This document shows positions 8,945 through 17,606 of a stretch of DNA of 32,000 bases, piece after piece. The notes beneath the pieces are model-generated. The model was not told the origin of the DNA. It made no database searches and worked only from the letters and a program-made list of their open reading frames with translations. Within the stretch, counting starts at the first letter, position 1. Each line of letters begins with the position of its first letter. Source of the DNA: Desulfocapsa sulfexigens DSM 10523 (lineage in GTDB: Bacteria > Desulfobacterota > Desulfobulbia > Desulfobulbales > Desulfocapsaceae); contig NC_020304.1 in NCBI RefSeq assembly GCF_000341395.1, positions 1,530,001-1,562,000 of the forward strand, read 5' to 3'. The position numbers and the translations under genes were made by a program.

Positions 8945-10158
8945 GTGATGTGACAGCAATAGCGGATTTTACAGATAGCAGGATTCTTGTTGTTGATGAC
9001 AACCCGGTCAATAGAGAGCTTTTGGCATCAATTGTGCGAAATGCTGGTTATGGTGTTGTCACTGCTATCGGAGGCAAGGAAGCGCTGGAACTGGTAAGGC
9101 AGCATCCTTTCGACCTTATTTTGCTTGATATCGTAATGCCGGAAATGGATGGCTTTGCGGTGTGTAAGTCCCTGCAGGAGGACCTGCAAACCAGAGACGT
9201 ACCTATCATAATGGTTTCTTCTCTTGATCTTTCTGAAACGAAAATTCACTGTTTTGATCTGGGTGCCATCGATTATATAACCAAACCCTTTCACAGGGGA
9301 GAAGTTCTTGCCAGAATACGCTCACAACTCGGTATTAAACACCTGACAGCCTCTCTCCAAAAGAGCAATAAGAAGCTCCAGGAGAGACAGAATGTTGTTG
9401 AGCAGGATCTGATGGCAGCAGCAGCAATTCAACGGGCATTGCTGCCGGAACGTATTCCGTTCACCGATCGCCTTCAGGTAGAATACGTCTTTACTCCCTG
9501 TGAGCGTATCGGGGGCGATATCTTCAATGTTTTTGCTCTTGATGATCATTCTGTCGGGATATACATAGTCGATGTCTGCGGCCATGGAGTACCCGCTGCG
9601 ATGATTGCAACGCTGGTTTCCCAGGCCATGTCGCAGAGTGGGAATGTTATCTGTTCCTTGTTCACAGAGGATAAGTGCTCGACCATACAAAGCCCGCTAC
9701 AGGTACTTGAACGGCTTGACAGGCTCTTTCCGATTGAACGTTTTGATCGTTATTTTACCATATCGTATATGGTTCTTGATCTGCGTGATGGGTCATACAG
9801 CTACAGCAGTGCCGGACATCCTCCTATTCTGCTGCAGAAAAAAAATGGAGAGGTTGTTTTTTTAGAAGCCGGTGGACCGATAATTGGTCTGGGTGAGTTC
9901 GCCCCTCGGCGGGAAGCGGATTCAGGGCAACTTACTCCTGGAGACAGACTCTTTTTTTATACCGATGGTATTATTGAACTTGAAAATGCGGTGGGAGAGA
10001 TGTTCGGTGTGGAAGGGATGAAATTACTGGTGAAGCAACAGAAAGATCTCCCTCTTGGTTGCTATTCTTCAGCCATCGCTCAAGGGCTGGAAAAATTTTC
10101 CCACGGTTCTTCTGTAAATGATGATATCAGCTTACTTTGTCTTGAATATTTAGGCTAA
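8941..10158 (+). CDS. Response regulator with REC domain fused to PP2C/SpoIIE-type serine phosphatase (RsbU-like)
   Basis: REC: ILVVDDNPVNRELL, LILLDIVMPEMDG, DYITKPF. Phosphatase: CERIGGDIFNV, VDVCGHGVPAAM, SSAGHPPILL, LFFYTDGIIE, NDDISLLCL. ATGA overlap with the bcsC stop. Confidence 0.94.
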   Translation: MSDVTAIADFTDSRILVVDDNPVNRELLASIVRNAGYGVVTAIGGKEALELVRQHPFDLILLDIVMPEMDGFAVCKSLQEDLQTRDVPIIMVSSLDLSETKIHCFDLGAIDYITKPFHRGEVLARIRSQLGIKHLTASLQKSNKKLQERQNVVEQDLMAAAAIQRALLPERIPFTDRLQVEYVFTPCERIGGDIFNVFALDDHSVGIYIVDVCGHGVPAAMIATLVSQAMSQSGNVICSLFTEDKCSTIQSPLQVLERLDRLFPIERFDRYFTISYMVLDLRDGSYSYSSAGHPPILLQKKNGEVVFLEAGGPIIGLGEFAPRREADSGQLTPGDRLFFYTDGIIELENAVGEMFGVEGMKLLVKQQKDLPLGCYSSAIAQGLEKFSHGSSVNDDISLLCLEYLG

Positions 10159-10216
10159 TATCTGTACTGTCAGCATCTCCTGAACGTATCTACTCTAAGA
10201 TAGGACTGTACCACTC

Positions 10217-11626
10217 ATGAGCACTGGACATTTGTTATCGCAAGCCCATTGTTTTCTTTTTTGTCTGCTGAGTCTTGTCTCTTTCTCAGCTTGCAGCCAT
10301 ATTGTTCAGGACGATGTCCAGCCATCTGTTGTTGCCGAACCATCCTATACCATCAGCCACCACCAAGCCCTTGAGAAGCTCCCGACTAAATGGTGGCAGG
10401 TGTTTGATGATCCACTTCTTGACGCCTATATAGAACAGGCCCTGGCGAATAATTTTACCCTCCAGGAAGGCTTTGCAAGACTGAAACAGGCGCGTTCCAT
10501 TCAAAATCAGGCCGGTTCTCAGCTTTATCCAACGCTGGATGGCCGGGTTCGGGCGGAATCGGAGTGGGAAGCGGAGAATACTCGAACTGACAGTAACAGA
10601 ATAGAGCTGGATCTGTCCTGGGAAGTGGATCTCTGGGGTCGACTTTCTTCAGTTGCACAGGCAACATCCTTTGAAACCTTTGCTGCCGAAGACGAGCTTC
10701 AGGGACTGGCTCTGCTCCTCAGTGTCGAGGTGGCAGATACTTACTTCCAGCTTGTTGTGCAGTATCTTTACCAGCAGTTGCTGCAACGTCAGATAGAGGC
10801 TAATACAATTTCTCTTAATGTGATAAGGCTTCGCTTTGCAAATGGCCTGGTCTCTCTTGTCGATGTTTACCAGCAGAAACAGCTTCTTGCCGCTGTCAAG
10901 GCAGAACTCCCCGTCAGTGAAGCACGAAATATTATTCTTCAGAACAGGCTTCATGTGCTTCTTGGACAACCTCCGGAATCAACTCCCCTGGTGTTTCGTC
11001 AAACCTTTCCTGAAATTCCCGCCCTGCCGATGCTTGGGATCCCCGCCGATCTGCTGCAAAACAGGCCCGATCTCAGACAGTTGCAGAGAGAACTGGTTGC
11101 CGCGGATTACCGGGTGGCCGAGGCTGTGGCTGATCGTCTGCCTGCTTTGAAAATTGGAGGGTCTGCAGCATTTATCAGTGGCGACTTTATCACTGCTCTC
11201 TTTGCAGATGCCCTGGCGACAATTGTTGACTGGGGAGGGAAAAAGAGTGAAGTGGAGAAAAAGAAGGCGATGGTGGAAGAAAAAACAGCCCGTTATTCCC
11301 AGAGATATCTAGTGGCCATCGAGGAGGTGGAGAACAGTCTCTGGCAGGAACGAAAGCATGAACAGTTACTCACTGCTCTTGCGGAACAGCTGATGATCTC
11401 AAAGGCAACGCTGCGCGAAAGCAGGAGTCGATATATCCAGGGAATGACGGATTATATCCCTGTTCTTACAGCGTTAGTCTCATTTCAAAAACTGGAAATT
11501 AATATCCTGCAGCGCAAGCAGGAAAAAATTTCCTACCGGCTTCTTCTCTACAGGGCTCTGGGCACTGATGTCCTGGGTTCTGATCGCGATGCTCTACTAA
11601 TTGATAACTCAAAAAATCTCCTATGA
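10217..11626 (+). CDS. RND efflux outer membrane lipoprotein (TolC/NodT family)
   Basis: 469 aa, lipobox-like LVSFSAC. EKLPTKWWQVFDDPLLDAYIEQALANNFTLQEGFARLKQAR is typical of NodT-type factors, as is LPALKIGGSAAF. Confidence 0.9.
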   Translation: MSTGHLLSQAHCFLFCLLSLVSFSACSHIVQDDVQPSVVAEPSYTISHHQALEKLPTKWWQVFDDPLLDAYIEQALANNFTLQEGFARLKQARSIQNQAGSQLYPTLDGRVRAESEWEAENTRTDSNRIELDLSWEVDLWGRLSSVAQATSFETFAAEDELQGLALLLSVEVADTYFQLVVQYLYQQLLQRQIEANTISLNVIRLRFANGLVSLVDVYQQKQLLAAVKAELPVSEARNIILQNRLHVLLGQPPESTPLVFRQTFPEIPALPMLGIPADLLQNRPDLRQLQRELVAADYRVAEAVADRLPALKIGGSAAFISGDFITALFADALATIVDWGGKKSEVEKKKAMVEEKTARYSQRYLVAIEEVENSLWQERKHEQLLTALAEQLMISKATLRESRSRYIQGMTDYIPVLTALVSFQKLEINILQRKQEKISYRLLLYRALGTDVLGSDRDALLIDNSKNLL

Positions 11627-12795
11627 AAACCTTTCTCTCGTTCCTTGTTTTGATTCTGGCGGTAGCAGTGTCATTCTGGTTATACGCGAATAAACCGCAG
11701 ACGAAAAAGAGTAAACCCGAGCGCCCTGTTCCAATGGTGAGAACCATACTAGTTCAGCCGACGAATGAGGCCGTGGTGTTTGAGGCCGCTGGTTTAGTGA
11801 TTCCGGCTCGGGAAGTGGAATTGCAGACTGAGGTGGAAGGGCGCATTATTGAACAGAATACTGAGCTTGTTCCAGGTGGGATTGTTGCTGAGGGGGAAAT
11901 GCTGATTCAGATTGATCCCCTCGACTACCGTCTGCAGGTGAGCGAGCGCGAAGCGGAACTGGCCACGGCTCGTTATGAACTTGAGGTCGAAGAGGGGAGA
12001 CAGATCATTGCCCGTGAGGAATGGAGCATCCTCGAGCAGGAGCTTTTGGGAGATAAGGTTAGTAAGCATCTGGCGCTGCGTGAGCCACACTTGAGAAACA
12101 GTCATGCCCGCCTTGAGGCCGCTGAGAGTCGTCTTGCTGCAGCAAAGCTTGCAGAGAAACGGACTACCATTCGTGCCCCTTTTAATGGTCTGATCCTTAA
12201 AGAGTCCGTTGAGACAGGACAGTTTGTTGGCAGGCAGACAGTGATTGCAGCCCTAGTCTCCACGGATCAGTTTTGGGTTCAGGCCTCGGTGCCTCTCTCT
12301 CTCCTTGATAGATTGCAGTTTCCGGACGGGCAGGGAGGGAAAGGCAGTGCTGCTCAAATTGTGCTCGACAAAGGATACGGAGGGAAACCGACCCTGCGTG
12401 AGGGCACAATTTTTAAGCTTCTGCCAGATCTTGATCCCAAGAGTCGTATGGCCAGACTGCTGATTGAAATTCCAGATCCCTTTAACCTTGATAAAGAAAT
12501 ACAGGGAAATCTGGGAGGGAAAATACTCCTCGGTAGCTATGTAAAGGTGCAGTTGAATGCTGGTGAATTTCCCGATGTGTATGTGGTACCTCGTGCAGCA
12601 CTGCGTGAAGGTGACCTGCTGTGGCTGATATCCGCAGAAGGGCGGTTGGATATACGTCCGGTAAAGGTTCTGTGGCGACGCATTGATGAGGTTCTGGTTA
12701 CTGCCGAAGAGGCTCTTGATGAGCCGATTGTTGTCAGCCGTCTGGTTTCACCCGTAACTGGGATGCAGATTCGCACCGACGCGCACAGGAAATAG
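11623..12795 (+). CDS. RND efflux periplasmic adaptor (HlyD/MFP family)
   Basis: 390 aa, N-terminal TM. Motifs GLVIPAREVELQTEVEGRIIEQN, GEMLIQIDPLDY and RTTIRAPFNGLILKESVETGQFV. ATGA overlap with the upstream gene. Confidence 0.93.
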   Translation: MKTFLSFLVLILAVAVSFWLYANKPQTKKSKPERPVPMVRTILVQPTNEAVVFEAAGLVIPAREVELQTEVEGRIIEQNTELVPGGIVAEGEMLIQIDPLDYRLQVSEREAELATARYELEVEEGRQIIAREEWSILEQELLGDKVSKHLALREPHLRNSHARLEAAESRLAAAKLAEKRTTIRAPFNGLILKESVETGQFVGRQTVIAALVSTDQFWVQASVPLSLLDRLQFPDGQGGKGSAAQIVLDKGYGGKPTLREGTIFKLLPDLDPKSRMARLLIEIPDPFNLDKEIQGNLGGKILLGSYVKVQLNAGEFPDVYVVPRAALREGDLLWLISAEGRLDIRPVKVLWRRIDEVLVTAEEALDEPIVVSRLVSPVTGMQIRTDAHRK

Positions 12796-12807
12796 AAGGA
12801 CAGTTAT

Positions 12808-15800
12808 ATGAGCATACTACCCTCTAAAGAACAGGGGCTGATAGCCTGGATGGCCTCTAATCCTGTGGCTGCCAATCTGCTGATGCTGCTGTTCGTCATC
12901 GGTGGTCTCCTTGCTGCAGGCCGGATAACCCAGGAGGTTTTTCCGAGTTATGCTCTTGATATTGTAACGGTCTCTGTTCGTTACCCTGGCGCCAGTCCTG
13001 AAGAGGTGGAAGAGGGGGTTGTTCTGGCTGTCGAAGAGGAGATCAGGGCATTGGATAATGTGGAGCGGGTGACCTCGGTTTCCATGGAAGGTAATGCCTC
13101 GATTAGTGTGGAATTGCTTTCAGGTGCTGATCCCAATAGCAGTCTCCAGGAAATTAAAAACGGCATTGACAGGATTAGCACTTTTCCTGGTGATGTGGAA
13201 AAACCTCTGGTCAGCCTCGCAACGAGGCGACGGGAGGTGCTTCGCCTTGCCCTTTATGGTGACATTGATGAGGGCTCCCTCTTCAGTCTGGTTGAAACGA
13301 TTCGGTCAGAACTGCTTGATATCACTGAGATTGCCCAGGTAGAACTGAATGGAACCAGAGACCCTGAACTTTCCATTGAGATCTCCAGAGACATGCTCAG
13401 GGCTCACAATCTCAGCTTAGAGGAAGTGGCCGATACCATTAAAGAACGGGCAGTGGATGTGCCTGCCGGTGGAATAAAGAGTCAGGGTGGTGAGGTGCTG
13501 TTACGAACCTCGGAACGACGGGAAGTGGCCAGCGAATTTTCTGATCTGGTACTGGTTAGCAGAGAGGATGGAACCAAGCTCATTCTCGGGGAAGTCGCTG
13601 AGTTGCATCAGGGGTTTGAGGAGAGTGATCGCGAGGCCTGGTATAACGGGAAACGGGCAGCCCTGCTTTATGTTTATCGAACTGGAGACCAGACTCCAAT
13701 TGACATTTCCAATGCTGTTCATGCCTATATGGATAAGCGTATTCCTACTCTTCCTCCCTCTGTGCAGCTCACGGCCTACAGGGATAGATCGGAGCTGTAT
13801 AAGGATCGAATGGAGCTCCTGCTGACTAACGGAGTATTCGGTCTATGCCTGGTACTGCTCACCCTCGGTCTTTTTCTTGAGCCGCGTCTTGCGTTCTGGG
13901 TCTCAATGGGGGTGCCCATCTCCGTTATCGGTTCTTTTCTTATACTCTATTTTATTGGTGGCAGTCTCAACATGATCTCCATGTTTGCCTTTATTATCAC
14001 GCTGGGGATTGTAGTTGATGATGCCGTGGTCGTTGGTGAGAATATTTTCTATAAACGGAGACAGGGAATGGAGCCTTTACGGGCTTCCATTGAAGGGGCA
14101 CGGGAAATGGCGGCTCCTGTCGTTATAGCTGTCGCTACCAATATTTTCGCTTTTCTTCCTCTGCTCTTTGTCTCAGGATCCACCGGTCGCTTCTTTGCAA
14201 TTATGCCTGCAGTGGTGATTGCGGTATTTCTGGTTTCGCTGATTGAGTGTCTGTATGTGCTTCCAGCTCATCTCAGTTATCGCAGGAAGGAGCGGAAGGG
14301 GAAAATGTTCCAATTGCTGGAGCAGGTACCTCGCTTTTGTGAACAGTGGCTTGATCGTTTTGTGAGCGGTCCCTTTGCAAGGATTCTGCGCTGGAACCTT
14401 TCGTTTCGGTATCTGGTTTCTGCCCTTGGTCTGGCTGTGCTGATTGTGGCCTACTCCTATTGGGACAGTGGTCATATTAATTTTTCATTCAGACCAGACA
14501 TTCAGACGGACAGTGTTGACGCCGAGGTAGAATTGCCCTACGGAGTGAATATGGATGAGGTAAAAGAAATTACCCGTCTTGTCGAGGAGGGTGGCAAACG
14601 GGCGGTTGAAAAAAGTGGAGACAGTGAAATCCTGGTGGGAATACGGACTGATATCGGTCGTGGTGGGGCTAATCGTGCTGAGGTCTCCATCACTCTGGTG
14701 CCTCAGGAACAACGAAAAATTACCACCCGGGAGTTCAGTGTTCTGTGGAAAAAAGAGGTTGGGGAGATTGCAGGCCTCGAGAAACTGTTTTTTGATTATC
14801 TGATGGGGCCGGGCGGCTCGGCGGCCATCAATGTGGAACTCACTCATCCGGATCCGCAAACCCTTGAACTCGCTGCAGCGGATCTGGCAGAAGCTATTTC
14901 ACAGTATAGTGGGGTCACCGATGTGAATGACGGCTTCGCACGGGGCAAGGTACAGTATGATTTCAAGATGCTTCCCGAAGGGAAGGCTGTTGGGTTGACT
15001 GCGCAGGATCTTGGCAGTCAAATCAGGCATGCCTTTTATGGAGCGGAGGCATTGCGGCAACAGCAGGGCAGAAATGAATTGAAGGTTGTTGTCCGTCTTC
15101 CTCGTGCAGAGAGAAGCTCCCTCTTTCACCTGGAGCAGCTGCTGATCCGAACACCTGATGGTGGGGAAATCCCTCTGGAGCGTGCAGCAAGAATAATCCC
15201 CAGTCGGGCTTACACCGAGATCAACCGTGTTGATGGAAAGCGGGTTCTCAGCGTGACAGCCAATGTGGTGGCAGGTAAGTCCAATGAGAATAAAATTCTG
15301 GACAGTTTGAAACGGGAATACTTACCCGAGTTGCTTGCAAACTACAGTGGGCTGAATTATTCCTTTCAGGGGCAGCAGCGTGAAAAACGCATGGCCGTGC
15401 ATGATCTTCTGATGGGGATTGCTTTAATGATGCCAGCGATTTTCTGTCTCCTTGCCATTCTTTTTAGGAGCTACGGGCAGGCCCTGCTGGTAATGATTTC
15501 CATTCCATTCGGTCTGGTCAGTGCCCTTTTCGGCCATATTATTATGGGGTACAGCCTCTCTATTATTTCCATATTCGGGATGATTGCTCTCTGCGGGGTA
15601 GTAATTAATGGCGGGCTGGTGTTTACGGTGACAGCCAATCGGTACCGAGGTGAGGGGAAAACAGTAGCCGAGGCAGCATTTATGGCTGCAACACGGAGGT
15701 TCCGTCCTATCATACTCACCTCGCTCACTACTTTTTTTGGTCTGGCTCCAATGATATTTGAGCAGTCTGTGCAGGCCCGTTTTCTCATTCCCATGGCCAT

Positions 15801-15912
15801 TTCACTGGGGTACGGAATTCTTTTCTCAACAGCGATTATCCTTTTTCTCATGCCTGCATTTTACCTGATTTATGATGACGTCCTTGGGCTGATGAGGAAT
15901 AGGAAAAGTTGA
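12808..15912 (+). CDS. RND efflux transporter permease (AcrB/HAE1-like family)
   Basis: 1034 aa. Motifs NPVAANLLMLLFVIGGLLAAGRI, EVFPSYALDIVTVSVRYPGASPEEVEEGV, FAFIITLGIVVDDAVVVGENI, GIALMMPAIFCLLAILFRSYGQALLVM. Confidence 0.95.
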   Translation: MSILPSKEQGLIAWMASNPVAANLLMLLFVIGGLLAAGRITQEVFPSYALDIVTVSVRYPGASPEEVEEGVVLAVEEEIRALDNVERVTSVSMEGNASISVELLSGADPNSSLQEIKNGIDRISTFPGDVEKPLVSLATRRREVLRLALYGDIDEGSLFSLVETIRSELLDITEIAQVELNGTRDPELSIEISRDMLRAHNLSLEEVADTIKERAVDVPAGGIKSQGGEVLLRTSERREVASEFSDLVLVSREDGTKLILGEVAELHQGFEESDREAWYNGKRAALLYVYRTGDQTPIDISNAVHAYMDKRIPTLPPSVQLTAYRDRSELYKDRMELLLTNGVFGLCLVLLTLGLFLEPRLAFWVSMGVPISVIGSFLILYFIGGSLNMISMFAFIITLGIVVDDAVVVGENIFYKRRQGMEPLRASIEGAREMAAPVVIAVATNIFAFLPLLFVSGSTGRFFAIMPAVVIAVFLVSLIECLYVLPAHLSYRRKERKGKMFQLLEQVPRFCEQWLDRFVSGPFARILRWNLSFRYLVSALGLAVLIVAYSYWDSGHINFSFRPDIQTDSVDAEVELPYGVNMDEVKEITRLVEEGGKRAVEKSGDSEILVGIRTDIGRGGANRAEVSITLVPQEQRKITTREFSVLWKKEVGEIAGLEKLFFDYLMGPGGSAAINVELTHPDPQTLELAAADLAEAISQYSGVTDVNDGFARGKVQYDFKMLPEGKAVGLTAQDLGSQIRHAFYGAEALRQQQGRNELKVVVRLPRAERSSLFHLEQLLIRTPDGGEIPLERAARIIPSRAYTEINRVDGKRVLSVTANVVAGKSNENKILDSLKREYLPELLANYSGLNYSFQGQQREKRMAVHDLLMGIALMMPAIFCLLAILFRSYGQALLVMISIPFGLVSALFGHIIMGYSLSIISIFGMIALCGVVINGGLVFTVTANRYRGEGKTVAEAAFMAATRRFRPIILTSLTTFFGLAPMIFEQSVQARFLIPMAISLGYGILFSTAIILFLMPAFYLIYDDVLGLMRNRKS

Positions 15913-16461
15913 CCTGTAGTGTTGGTAATTGTCTGAAATACCAAATGGGTATTGAATCGTAGGGGCTTCTCTGCACAATCTTTTGATGGTGCTGCCTGGG
16001 TTGGAGTATTATTGGGTGTCTTTTTTTCTGCAGAAAGTGATTTCTCCCAAAAACCAGAGAACTATTCCTGTAAGCATCGATGACAACCTGAGTGATGCTA
16101 CGGTTGCGACTGACTTGGAATAAATCTGGATGACGCCAAGGATATCATTGTATTAATCTATCAATCAATGGCGGATCAGTCTGCGGTAGCCAGGAGTTGT
16201 TATATTATATCACGTCAGCAGACGGATCCTGTAAGTCAACCAATACCTTTTCTTTTGAAATCTTCGTTATTCTGTTGGTCTAGCAAAATCTCTTGCCATA
16301 TTCTTGAGAACACCTCAATGAACAATTAGTGACATTTTTGAATGGCAGCTGTTGTCAAATAGCACGAAAATGTATTGAAATGCCTGTTGAAACCCTCTGC
16401 TTCTCGTTCTGTTTGTGTTTTATGTGATTGATTTGATGTCGTATTCTCTGTTGGGTGAAAG

Positions 16462-16478
16462 TTGGCACAAATCATGCT
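16462..16478 (+). promoter_or_regulatory. Putative sigma-54 (-24/-12) promoter upstream of the TorF-family porin gene
   Basis: TTGGCAC AAATC ATGCT: conserved GG and GC dinucleotides at the canonical -24/-12 spacing, ~70-85 nt upstream of the ORF start. Confidence 0.5.
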
Positions 16479-16549
16479 CTTATCGCAGAAAAGGCAATGA
16501 AAGGTATCTTTCAGGCATTAAATAAAACATTTCAATGTGGAGAAAAGTG

Positions 16550-17284
16550 ATGAGAAAAAGTATTCCAATGGCAGCCTTAACCGCAATTGTAAGCGCTTTG
16601 AGTGTGCCCCAGGCTATGGCGGCGGATGTTACCGCAGCCGCGGATATCAATTCAGCATATGTATGGCGAGGACTTACCTTTAACGACGGCATCGTTATTC
16701 AGCCAAGTATTGATGTGGCGGCTGGCGGCTTTGGCTTTAACGTATGGGGCAACTTGGATGTCGATGACTACAACGACACACTCGATTCTGGTGAGTTTTC
16801 TGAAGTAGACCTTACCGTTTCTTACTCGTTTGATATTGGGCCTGTAGGCGCCAGTGTCGGCTATATTGAATATCTGTTTCCAGCGGGTGGTGCAAGTACC
16901 AGCGAAATATTTGCTAGCACCAGCATGGATATCGTCTATGGAATCTCTGCTGGCCTGGAACTCTATTATGACATCGACCAGGTGGATGATTTTTACGCTA
17001 CAGCAAGCATTGGTTACGCGTTGGATATCAATGAGAAACTGGGGCTTGAGTTAGGTGGTCTGATAAGTTATGCAGGTAAGGATTTTACAGCAGCCTACGC
17101 AGGAGGTACTGACAGTGGATTTTTTAATTATATCCTCTCTGCCTCCCTTAGCTATGCAATAAGCGACACCCTGAGCACTGGCATAAATGTCAACTACACA
17201 GATTCGATGGAGTCGGATGCGCTTCCTGATAGCGCGATGGATAGCGACATCTACGGCGGAATCAGTATGGCTTATACCTTCTAA
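16550..17284 (+). CDS. TorF-family putative porin / TIGR02001-type outer membrane protein
   Basis: Signal peptide MRKSIPMAALTAIVSALSVPQAMAAD. DVTAAADINSAYVWRGLTFNDGIVIQPSIDVAAGGFGFNVWGNLDVDD and alternating beta-strands ending in an aromatic residue (YGGISMAYTF). Track start is 16535; the internal ATG at about 16550 is more plausible. Confidence 0.8.
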   Translation: MRKSIPMAALTAIVSALSVPQAMAADVTAAADINSAYVWRGLTFNDGIVIQPSIDVAAGGFGFNVWGNLDVDDYNDTLDSGEFSEVDLTVSYSFDIGPVGASVGYIEYLFPAGGASTSEIFASTSMDIVYGISAGLELYYDIDQVDDFYATASIGYALDINEKLGLELGGLISYAGKDFTAAYAGGTDSGFFNYILSASLSYAISDTLSTGINVNYTDSMESDALPDSAMDSDIYGGISMAYTF

Positions 17285-17314
17285 TCGTCACTTTTTGAGC
17301 ACCATTCCTCACAA

Positions 17315-17346
17315 AGTTGCCATGCTTGAAATATGGCATGGCAACT
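17315..17346. terminator. Perfect 11-bp inverted repeat after the porin gene; possible terminator or RNA-processing hairpin
   Basis: AGTTGCCATGC (17315-17325), 10-nt loop, GCATGGCAACT (17336-17346), starting 31 nt after the stop codon. No strong U-tract follows. Confidence 0.45.
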
Positions 17347-17606
17347 CTTAAAATCCGTAACTCACTCTTCAATGTTATTGCAGTATCAAGAAATTCTCCC
17401 CTGCTGACACATCGTTTAAATCATTCAGGAAGTCCTGCTTGCGTGTCCCTGGCCAAAATCGGGTGTAAGACGCAATACTCTCCACTGCAAACCAAAAAAT
17501 TATATTAGGTCTGAGTACCTTTTGAATATATACTTGAAGGTAGCAAGCTCAAAACAAAGTCGCCCACACCAAGAATTTAAAATCCCTTCATAAGGAAAAA
17601 GACGAT

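Noticed and set aside
17317-17508. Short ORF 17317..17508 (+) between the porin gene and gadB
   Set aside because: It begins inside the inverted repeat, has no RBS or recognisable domain, and is likely noncoding leader or spacer.
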